Origin: a virus
Taxonomy: Duplodnaviria > Caudoviricetes
DNA: 26,497 bases
Strand: one strand, 5' to 3'
Virus record (IMG/VR): IMGVR_UViG_3300017766_004787
Span: 1-26,497 of that record
In this document: positions 8,566-15,481 of the stretch, piece after piece
Numbering within the stretch: position 1 is the first letter of the stretch
How the letters are laid out: each line of letters starts with the position of its first letter
Notes under the pieces: generated by a model
Seen by the model: only the letters and a program-made list of their open reading frames with translations
Database searches by the model: none
Told to the model about the DNA's origin: nothing
Translations under genes and position numbers: made by a program

Positions 8566-9396
8566 ATGATCGCTCAACACCGCCAGCCCCTCGACACGCC
8601 CGCCTTGGGCCGCGTCGTCTCTACTTTCAACGCCTACCACCTCGGCGACAATTTCTTCTCCCTCCACTACCTCCGCGCCCAAGCGAAAGCGTATCCCGAG
8701 ATCCACTTCACCCACGCCGCGCCCGCCACCTACCTCACCCAACTCGCCCCCCTCACCGCCGACCTCCCCAACCTCAGTCTCTCCGATCTCAGTTCTTCAA
8801 CTTCAACATCCCCCCTTCAACGGGCGCCCCGGCTCGACACTTGGTTGGGCGCCTCCGGCTGGTTCTACCACCAGCCCGACCGCCACGATTTCGTCGCGAT
8901 CTACCACCGCCACTTCGCGAACCTCAGCCGCTCGCTCGGCCTCGCCTGCCCCTTCGCCGGCGCTGATCCCCGCGACCTCCTCTTCGACTACCCCGCGCTC
9001 GCACCCCGCACCCAAGCCTACACCGGCCTCCGCGGAATCCTCGTGGTCAACAGCGCCCCGCAATCGGGCCAGTTCCAAAGTTTCTCCCACGAGGGCTTCG
9101 ACCGCATCATCGCCCTCCTCCACGCCGCCGGCCACACCGTCTACACGACGGCCCCCAGTCGCACACCCGACGCCCTCTGCACCCTAGACCTCGGCTCCAG
9201 CGTGACCGACATCGGCCGCCTGAGTTCCGACCACGTCGACGCCATCATCGGCGTCCCTACGGGCCCCTTGTGGCCCACCTTCAATATCTGGAACGCGGAC
9301 ACCATCAAAACCCGCATCCTCCTCCTCGACACCGAGCGCGTGGACATCCTTCCGGAGCACACCGTGCACGCGAACCACCTCAGCCTCGTCCCCTAA
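8566..9396 (+). CDS. Putative GT-B fold (GT9/heptosyltransferase-like) glycosyltransferase
   Basis: N-terminal HLGD and C-terminal IIGVPTGP resemble the GT9 IGD and DSGP motifs. The frame continues ILKDRGLL to TGA 9423 after TAA 9394. Confidence 0.55.
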   Translation: MIAQHRQPLDTPALGRVVSTFNAYHLGDNFFSLHYLRAQAKAYPEIHFTHAAPATYLTQLAPLTADLPNLSLSDLSSSTSTSPLQRAPRLDTWLGASGWFYHQPDRHDFVAIYHRHFANLSRSLGLACPFAGADPRDLLFDYPALAPRTQAYTGLRGILVVNSAPQSGQFQSFSHEGFDRIIALLHAAGHTVYTTAPSRTPDALCTLDLGSSVTDIGRLSSDHVDAIIGVPTGPLWPTFNIWNADTIKTRILLLDTERVDILPEHTVHANHLSLVP

Positions 9397-9438
9397 ATCC
9401 TGAAAGACCGCGGCCTCCTCTGATTTCCGCTCCTTCCG

Positions 9439-9963
9439 ATGAATTACAAAACCCAACTCACCGCCGCCATGACGGCCCTCGCCGCCGATCCCGCGCGCCT
9501 CTTCATCGGCTATGGCCTCACCCACGGCCGCGCCGCTGGCACCCTCTCCGGCGTGCCCACCGCCCAACTCCTCGAGACCCCCGTCGCCGAAAACCTCATG
9601 ACCGGCCTCGCCATCGGCGCCGCCCTCCGCGGCCGCAAGCCCGTCGTCTATTTTGAGCGAGCCGATTTCGTCCTCAACGCGATGGACGCGATCGTAAACC
9701 ACCTCGACAAACTTGCGACCCTCAGCCGCGGCCAATTCACCCCCGGCGTGATCCTCCGCATCACCGTCGGCAATATGCAAAAGCCCCTCTTTACGGGCGC
9801 AACGCATACCCAAGACGTCACCTACGCCCTCCGCGCCCTAGTCTCGTTCCCTGTGCTCACCCTGCACCACACCGACGCGATCGCTTCGACCTACGCCCTA
9901 GCCGCCCAAGCCACCGAAAACGGCCAAGCCTGCGCCGTCGTGGAATACAAAGACCTCTGGTGA
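9439..9963 (+). CDS. Minimal TPP-dependent E1 beta / transketolase pyrimidine-binding subunit
   Basis: Motifs ETPVAENLMTGLAIGAALRG.KPVV and F...AMDAIVNH..K, plus G.TH.Q. At 174 aa it lacks the C-terminal domain. Confidence 0.85.
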   Translation: MNYKTQLTAAMTALAADPARLFIGYGLTHGRAAGTLSGVPTAQLLETPVAENLMTGLAIGAALRGRKPVVYFERADFVLNAMDAIVNHLDKLATLSRGQFTPGVILRITVGNMQKPLFTGATHTQDVTYALRALVSFPVLTLHHTDAIASTYALAAQATENGQACAVVEYKDLW

Positions 9964-9968
9964 TTTCC

Positions 9969-11009
9969 ATGCACGCCGCCCTCCTCACCGCGCACAACGC
10001 CCCCCTCGTCCTCGCCGAGATCGCCCCCGCCGGCCCCCTCGAGTTTGGCCAAGTCCTCGTCCGCGTGCTTGTCTCCGGCCTGTGCGGCGCCCAGCTCCAG
10101 GAGATCCGCGGGGAAAAAGGCGGCCCGCTGCCGCACCTCATGGGCCACGAAGGCTGTGGCATCGTGGAAGAAGTCGGCCCCGCCGTCACGCGCGTCAAAC
10201 CCGGCGACAAGGTCGTGATGCACTGGCGCAAAGCCGCCGGCCTCGAGTCCCCCATCCCCCGCTACCGCCTCTCCGACTCTTCAACTTCCAACTTCCCACT
10301 TCCACTGGCGCCCGACCGCTCGTTCACGAGTGGTCGGGTGACTACCCTCGCCACCCCCTCCATCTGCTCGGAAAACCGCCTGACCCCCGTCCCCGCCGAC
10401 ACCGATCCCGCCCTCTGCGCCCTTCTCGGGTGCAGCCTCTCCACGGCCCTCGCCACGATCGAGAGCGAAGTCCGCTGGGGCCAATCCGTGCTCGTGCTCG
10501 GCGTCGGCGGCCTTGGCCTGGCGCTCCTCGCCGCGCTGCACCTTGCCGTCCCCACGCGCCTCTGCGCCTGCGACACCAACGAACGCAAACGCAGCCCCGC
10601 CCGCTGTGCCGGCGCCGACTTCGTGAACCTTACCGACGAAGCCATCACCGGCGACTTCGACCTCATCCTCGACACCACCGGAGCCCCCGCGGCGATGGAA
10701 AACGCCCTCGCCCACCTCGCCCCCTCCGGTCGCTACGTGATGATTGGCCAGCCGGCGCCCACCAAACCCGTCTGCATTTCCAACGCCCGCCACCTGTTTG
10801 ATGGCGAGGGCAAGACGATCAAAGCCACGCAAGGCGGCGGCTTCCGTCCCGACCTCGACCTCCCCCGCTACCTGACCGCCGTCGAGTCCCTCTACCTCGA
10901 GCGCCTCGTCACGCACCGCCTGCCCCTGGTGAAGATCAACACCGCCCTGGATCTCGTCCGCCAAGGCGAAGCCGGCCGCATCATGATCGAAATGCCCCAA
11001 ACCGTTTGA
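9969..11009 (+). CDS. Zn-dependent medium-chain alcohol dehydrogenase/reductase
   Basis: Catalytic motifs GLCGAQ, GHEGCGIV and LLGC; Rossmann motif GVGGLG; the structural 4-Cys Zn lobe is absent. Start is GTG 9960 or ATG 9969. Confidence 0.9.
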   Translation: MHAALLTAHNAPLVLAEIAPAGPLEFGQVLVRVLVSGLCGAQLQEIRGEKGGPLPHLMGHEGCGIVEEVGPAVTRVKPGDKVVMHWRKAAGLESPIPRYRLSDSSTSNFPLPLAPDRSFTSGRVTTLATPSICSENRLTPVPADTDPALCALLGCSLSTALATIESEVRWGQSVLVLGVGGLGLALLAALHLAVPTRLCACDTNERKRSPARCAGADFVNLTDEAITGDFDLILDTTGAPAAMENALAHLAPSGRYVMIGQPAPTKPVCISNARHLFDGEGKTIKATQGGGFRPDLDLPRYLTAVESLYLERLVTHRLPLVKINTALDLVRQGEAGRIMIEMPQTV

Positions 11010-11099
11010 CCGCGGATTACGCAAATTACGCGGATAAAACCTCAGACCACTCTGCCTTTATCCGCCAAATCCGCGCCATCCGCGGTTAAAAAATTCCGA
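11009..11099 (+). repeat. Repeat family C (9-nt periodic hairpin GGATTACGC / ATCCGCG), copy 1
   Basis: accgcggat...atccgcggt inverted ends; the 3' half is nearly identical to 16210-16254. Confidence 0.85.
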
Positions 11100-11103
11100 A
11101 CTC

Positions 11104-11763
11104 ATGACCTCCTCTGACCTCATCGCCTTCGAATCCCGCATCGTCTCGCACTTCGCCGCCGGCCAGCTCCCCTGCCTGATCCACCTCAGCGGTGGCAACG
11201 AAGAGCAACTCCTCGACATCTTCTCGCGCGTCCGCCCGCAAGACTGGGTTTTTTCGACGCACCGCAACCACTACCACGCCCTGCTCAAAGGCATCCCGGC
11301 CGACCACCTCGAGGCCGAGATCCTCGCCGGCCGGAGCATGTTCATCTACAGCCGCGAGCACAATTTTCTCACCAGCTCCATCCTCGCCGGCACCTGCTGC
11401 ATCGCCGCCGGCGTCGCCTGGGACATCGCTGCCTCCGCGCTCACGCTCGGCCCTCGCCCTCATGTCTGGTGTTTCCTCGGCGACGGTGCCGAGGAGGAGG
11501 GCCACTACTACGAAGCCGCCCTTTTCGCCGAATCGAACGACCTGCCAATCACGTTCATTATCGAAGACAACGCCCGCCAGGTGGACACCCCCAAGTCCGA
11601 ACGCCGCGGCATTTTTCATTCCACGCGTTGCCCCCTCGACCACTTCACCTGCGTCGAGCGTTACCACTACGAGCCCACCTATCCCCACGGCGGCGCCGGC
11701 CTCCCCGCCGGCTCGGTCACCTTCGACCCCGCCGCCATTGCCCGCCTCGGCGAGCAAAACTGA
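11104..11763 (+). CDS. Minimal TPP-dependent dehydrogenase E1 alpha subunit
   Basis: Motifs HLSGGNE, STHRNHYHALLKG and GRSM, and the TPP motif GDG...EDN; only 219 aa. Confidence 0.88.
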   Translation: MTSSDLIAFESRIVSHFAAGQLPCLIHLSGGNEEQLLDIFSRVRPQDWVFSTHRNHYHALLKGIPADHLEAEILAGRSMFIYSREHNFLTSSILAGTCCIAAGVAWDIAASALTLGPRPHVWCFLGDGAEEEGHYYEAALFAESNDLPITFIIEDNARQVDTPKSERRGIFHSTRCPLDHFTCVERYHYEPTYPHGGAGLPAGSVTFDPAAIARLGEQN

Positions 11764-11765
11764 TT

Positions 11766-11920
11766 GTTTCACAGAGCCGAGCCGGAGCCCAGCCCACAGA
11801 GCCGAGCCAGAGTCCGAACCCTCCGAACTCTTCCGCCTCCCTCCGATCTCCTCCGAAGTATTTCTCCGAACTCCGTGCCCTCTGTGAGGTCTCCGGCTCG
11901 GCTCTGTGACACCCTCCGAA
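11766..11920 (+). repeat. Repeat family D (MITE-like, 19-bp inverted arms), copy 1
   Basis: tcacagagccgagccggag (11769-11787) pairs with ctccggctcggctctgtga (11891-11909); internal CTCCGA-periodic tract. Confidence 0.9.
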
Positions 11921-11952
11921 TCCTCCGAACTCCAAACCCCTTCCCTCTCACC

Positions 11953-12687
11953 ATGAGCACAGCAATTCTGATCTCCGGCCAACTCCGCACCTTCGCCGCC
12001 TGCTACCCCACGCAACGCTGGCACGTCCTCCGCCACGTCATCGATCCGCACTTCTTCTTCACGATCCAAGACCAGCCTGACGTCGACGAAATCCTCGCGC
12101 CCCTCATCGCTGACTACGGTGCCGACCGTGTGCACGTCCAGCGCCTCACCGACCCCGACCTCACGGCCGAGCTCACCCCGCTCCTCTCGCGCGCCTACCA
12201 CCAAGCCCCCTACGCCAACGCCGCCCCGGCGCACCAGCTTCTCCTCCAGCACTACTATCAAGCCGCCGTCTGGGATCACTTCCAAGCTCTCCGGCCCAAG
12301 CTCGCTTTTTCGTTTTCAACGAATATCCGCCTGCGTCCTGACCTTTGGTTTCACTCCTACGAGTCCCACGCCTCCACCGTCTGGGAAGACGAAGTCCTCA
12401 CGCCCTGGTGGGGCCGCTTCGGTGGTCTCAACGACCGCTTTGCAGTGATGGGCCCCGCGGCCGCCCGCGCCTACTTCGATGTCTACGCGAAGATCCCCGA
12501 ACTCCTCGGCAGCTACCGTGCCCCCTTCCACCCCGAAACCCTCCTCCTCGCCCGCCTCGAGATAGCGCAAATCCACGTCACCCAAACCCTCTGCGCCGAG
12601 TTCTCGACGCTCCGCGCCAATGGCACTGCGCGCGCGCCAGAGATTTCGCCAATCGATTTGGCTCACTGCGCGCTTCGTGCCAGTTGA
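11953..12687 (+). CDS. Putative glycosyltransferase (SGQxR / RxRxD / ND / PE family, DUF7796-like)
   Basis: TAILISGQLRTF, IRLRPDL, GLNDRFA and HPETLL resemble a viral putative GT family. The in-frame ATG after repeat D is 11953. Confidence 0.55.
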   Translation: MSTAILISGQLRTFAACYPTQRWHVLRHVIDPHFFFTIQDQPDVDEILAPLIADYGADRVHVQRLTDPDLTAELTPLLSRAYHQAPYANAAPAHQLLLQHYYQAAVWDHFQALRPKLAFSFSTNIRLRPDLWFHSYESHASTVWEDEVLTPWWGRFGGLNDRFAVMGPAAARAYFDVYAKIPELLGSYRAPFHPETLLLARLEIAQIHVTQTLCAEFSTLRANGTARAPEISPIDLAHCALRAS

Positions 12688-12758
12688 AGTCAGAAGTTTA
12701 AGTTTAAGGTCAACGCCCGCGCCGCTGCCCACTTCCACTTAAACTTCTCACTTAAACT
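12682..12758 (+). repeat. Repeat family B, two-armed hairpin copy
   Basis: agttgaagtcagaagtttaagt pairs with acttaaacttctcacttaaact. Confidence 0.75.
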
Positions 12759-12790
12759 AGAGGCCGCGGTGTTTGACACCGCGGCCTCTA
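12758..12790. promoter_or_regulatory. Perfect 15-bp inverted repeat with TTGACACC box 4 at its apex
   Basis: tagaggccgcggtgt-ttg-acaccgcggcctcta. Confidence 0.7.
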
Positions 12791-12816
12791 TTGCCAGCCC
12801 AGTTCATTCGTGCCCT

Positions 12817-12849
12817 GCCCCGGTCCTGCTTAGCGGGGCCGGGGCTTTT
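12817..12849 (+). terminator. Intrinsic terminator-like hairpin
   Basis: gccccggtcctgc-tta-gcggggccggggc followed by tttt. Confidence 0.7.
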
Positions 12850-12866
12850 CCTTCTCAGCTCCTTTA

Positions 12867-12935
12867 CCGGAAATGCGGGTCTCGATCCCCGCTGGGGACC
12901 GCCGCGGTTTCCATCGTCTAAGCCTAGGACGCCGG
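12867..12935 (+). ncRNA. Circularly permuted, degenerate tRNA-Glu-like cloverleaf
   Basis: The 3' half (ccgg-aaat-gcggg-tctcgatc-cccgc-tggggac) precedes the 5' half (gtttcca-tc-gtct-aagccta-ggac-g-ccgg) via a 7-nt linker. All four stems pair. Confidence 0.6.
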
Positions 12936-12944
12936 CCCCCTTTT

Positions 12945-12980
12945 CTTAAACTTAAACTTCCGCCCTTAAACTGGCGGCGC
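12945..12980 (+). repeat. Repeat family B copy
   Basis: cttaaacttaaacttccgcccttaaactggcggcgc. Confidence 0.8.
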
Positions 12981-12993
12981 CGCCGTCCCCCCC

Positions 12994-13305
12994 ATGGATT
13001 CCTACCTCTCGACCACCCTCGCGTCTGCTGCCCTCCAAGCCGAATCCATCCTCGGCGAGACCATCACGCTCAGTGGCACCGATTACACCGGCGTGGTCGA
13101 GGAAATGGAAAACCTGCTGCCCCCTGGCGCCGCCGGCTACGAATCGCAACGCGTGCTCATGATCACACTCACCGCGGCCCAATTCACGACCGCGCCCACA
13201 GCGGCCACGCGCCCCAAGCTCACGGCCCGCAGCGCCACCTGGACGCTCACCGCCGTCAAACCCGGCCCGCTCCACTACCACCTCACCTGCGTCCCCGGCA
13301 CCTGA
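12994..13305 (+). CDS. Putative head-tail adaptor/closure protein (gpFII-like)
   Basis: 103-aa beta-rich ORF, first gene of the neck block; LGETITLSG..Y.G pattern. Confidence 0.55.
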   Translation: MDSYLSTTLASAALQAESILGETITLSGTDYTGVVEEMENLLPPGAAGYESQRVLMITLTAAQFTTAPTAATRPKLTARSATWTLTAVKPGPLHYHLTCVPGT

Positions 13306-13310
13306 TCCTG

Positions 13311-13338
13311 TTCAACTTAAACTTCCGACTTAAACTTC
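13311..13338 (+). repeat. Repeat family B copy
   Basis: ttcaacttaaacttccgacttaaacttc. Confidence 0.7.
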
Positions 13339-13342
13339 GAAG

Positions 13343-14191
13343 ATGAGCGCCAGCGAATCGAGTGGCTTCGACGAAACCGAACTCCGCAAATTCAGCGAAG
13401 CCGGCCGGGTGATCGCGGCCGCCGTCGGCACCTCCGTCAACATCTGGGCCCGCGCCGAAGCCGGCGTCATCCTCAAGACCTGGGCCGGCCGCACCAAAGT
13501 CGCCTCCGCCACCAAACTTGCTCGCCGCGGCCTCCTCCAGGCCAATCGCCAAGCCTACCGCGCCGCCGGCTGGCCCTTCATGAAAGGCCGCACCACCCCT
13601 GGCCGCGCCTCGATCAACCTCGGCGTCCGCGGCAGCCTCGGCAAAGTTTACTACCGCACGCGCCGCGCCGGATCCGCCGGCGGCCGCCGCGGCTTTCAAG
13701 ACGTTTACGGCTCCGGCTTTTCCAAAGGCAAACACATCGCGCCTGCCGATTGGGGTGCGGTCTCGAGCTTTGTCGAGTCCTTCCGCGCCCACTACCGCGC
13801 CACCATCGCCGCCGCCAAACGCGCCGGCGGCCTCTCGCGCCAATCCATCGTCCAGATCGCCGACGACCTTGGCCTCCGCCTTGAGACCGTCAAAGGCGGC
13901 GGCTCGCTCAGCGCGGCCGGCCTTGCCAAAGCCCGCGCCGCCCTCGCGTCAAATGGTCAGCACTACAAAAACGGCACCGGCCAAGTCTCCGACACCGCCC
14001 GCGGGTTTTATCTCACCCTGATCAACCGCTACCCCAAGCTCGGCCCGCTCTTCATGGACCGCACCTTGCAAGGCGTGATCGCCGGCCGCCTCGGCTATTT
14101 CCGCAAAAACCTCGAGGAAGGCACCTTCCTCAGCGCCAAGACCGCCGCCAAAGCCTACCCCTTTGTCGAAGTCCTCCGCACCGCTGCGTAA
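13343..14191 (+). CDS. Basic neck/tail-completion-type morphogenesis protein
   Basis: Arg/Lys/Gly-rich, 282 aa, in the position usually held by HK97 gp10 or lambda gpZ. Confidence 0.5.
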   Translation: MSASESSGFDETELRKFSEAGRVIAAAVGTSVNIWARAEAGVILKTWAGRTKVASATKLARRGLLQANRQAYRAAGWPFMKGRTTPGRASINLGVRGSLGKVYYRTRRAGSAGGRRGFQDVYGSGFSKGKHIAPADWGAVSSFVESFRAHYRATIAAAKRAGGLSRQSIVQIADDLGLRLETVKGGGSLSAAGLAKARAALASNGQHYKNGTGQVSDTARGFYLTLINRYPKLGPLFMDRTLQGVIAGRLGYFRKNLEEGTFLSAKTAAKAYPFVEVLRTAA

Positions 14192-14272
14192 TCTTTCTCT
14201 TTCCTCTTTCTCTTAATCTTTCTCCCTCCGAACTCCTGACGAAAGAAGAAAGAGAAAGAAGAAAGAGAAAGA
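14192..14272 (+). repeat. Repeat family A, copy 2
   Basis: tctttctctttcctctttctcttaatctttctc...cctgacgaaagaagaaagagaaaga. Confidence 0.9.
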
Positions 14273-14289
14273 ACCAATCCCCCCCCCTC

Positions 14290-14796
14290 ATGCCGCTCAC
14301 CCTCGCCCAACTCTTCACCCCCGCGGATCTTCTCGCCAACGCCGCGGCCACGATCCTCCGCGCCGATGCCCCCGTCGCCTTCCCGTTCCCGGTCTACACC
14401 CCGCGCGAGTTTGCCCAGCAGAACATCAACCGCGTGGAGATCGCCGCCACCGGCTTCGCCCGCGCGAGCGACCACATGGAGCTCGCCGCCATCGCCAACG
14501 TCCAGACCCCGTTCTACAACCACCACCGCGGCCAGCTCGCGTTCACGGTGATCACTGCGCGCAACGATCAGCAGACCACCGACAACCACGCCGCCGCCCT
14601 GGGCCGGATCGGCTACCTCTGCAGCCGCCCCGCGCAGACGTTTACCACCGCCGCCTGCTCGGGTCTGGTGATCCTCGACCTCGAGGACGAAGGCACGGCG
14701 CCCACCGAAGACGAAAAAGCCGACACCGACCGCACCACCCGCACCTTCACCGTCGAGTTCATGATCCCCGCCGCCGTCTATGCGGCTGCCCAGTAG
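14290..14796 (+). CDS. Putative tail terminator protein
   Basis: 168 aa immediately before the tail tube gene; called from synteny. Confidence 0.5.
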   Translation: MPLTLAQLFTPADLLANAAATILRADAPVAFPFPVYTPREFAQQNINRVEIAATGFARASDHMELAAIANVQTPFYNHHRGQLAFTVITARNDQQTTDNHAAALGRIGYLCSRPAQTFTTAACSGLVILDLEDEGTAPTEDEKADTDRTTRTFTVEFMIPAAVYAAAQ

Positions 14797-14805
14797 GGGC
14801 CCGCC

Positions 14806-14888
14806 CTCTTTCTCTTTCCTCTTTCTCTTAATCTTTCTCTCTCCGAGATCCTGACGAAAGAGGAAAGAGAAAGAAGAAAGAGAAAGAG
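14806..14888 (+). repeat. Repeat family A, copy 3
   Basis: Same arms and CCTGACGAAAG core as copy 1. Confidence 0.9.
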
Positions 14889-14900
14889 CCAACCCGCGCG

Positions 14901-14908
14901 TTGACACC
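14901..14908 (+). promoter_or_regulatory. TTGACACC box 5
   Basis: 39 nt upstream of tail tube ATG 14940; followed by CCACTCACAAC as in box 2. Confidence 0.55.
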
Positions 14909-14939
14909 CGCTCCACTCACAACCCTCCCCCGCTAACAC

Positions 14940-15311
14940 ATGGCTTTAACCTACAACACCACCTCCACCTACGCCTGGGGCACCTTTGTCCTGACCCCCT
15001 CCAGCGGCGCCGCCAACGGTGTCGGCTTCATCGCGGAAGATTTTTCCGCCACGCAAGGCACGTGGCTCGCTGACCGCAAAGACAACGTCGGCAACCCCAA
15101 CGGCGCCCTCGGCGGCATGGAAGCCATCACCGGCCGCGGCACGCTCCAGCTCGCCAATGCCAACGTCGTGGCGCCCCAGCCCTTCGATGAGTTCACGCGC
15201 GTCCTCCGCCCTGGGGCGAGCGCCAACACCTTTTTCTTCACTGAAATCAGCTTTCCGAAAAAGCAGCGCGACTTCGACGTCGTGGAAATCACCTTCCGCG
15301 AAAAAGTCTAA
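14940..15311 (+). CDS. Putative major tail tube protein (123 aa)
   Basis: Beta-rich small ORF with its own upstream box and a downstream terminator; precedes the chaperone and tape measure genes. Confidence 0.6.
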   Translation: MALTYNTTSTYAWGTFVLTPSSGAANGVGFIAEDFSATQGTWLADRKDNVGNPNGALGGMEAITGRGTLQLANANVVAPQPFDEFTRVLRPGASANTFFFTEISFPKKQRDFDVVEITFREKV

Positions 15312-15341
15312 GTCTGCCTCCACCTTCAGATCGCGCCATCG

Positions 15342-15381
15342 AGCCCCCGCTTCCCGCACGAGTCGGGGACGGGGGCTTTTT
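15342..15381 (+). terminator. Intrinsic terminator after tail tube gene
   Basis: agcccccg...cgggggct followed by tttt. Confidence 0.75.
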
Positions 15382-15397
15382 ACTACCCGGATTTTTT

Positions 15398-15465
15398 CCC
15401 ACGAAACACACCAAACACACGAAACCAAACTCCGAACCTTTCGTGTAGTTCGTGTTTTTCGTGGG
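15398..15465 (+). repeat. Repeat family E (9-nt periodic hairpin CACGAAA / TTCGTG)
   Basis: cccacgaaacacaccaaacacacgaaa pairs with tttcgtgtagttcgtgtttttcgtggg. Confidence 0.8.
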
Positions 15466-15481
15466 CAACTCCTCCTTCTTC

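Noticed and set aside
9439-11763. Pyruvate dehydrogenase complex as a central-metabolism auxiliary gene
   Set aside because: No E2 or E3, truncated subunits, and a glycosyltransferase context.
12867-12935. Canonical functional tRNA or two-piece tmRNA
   Set aside because: The halves are in reverse order, with no anticodon loop or CCA. It has a full D arm and lacks the G3-U70 alanine identity of tmRNA.
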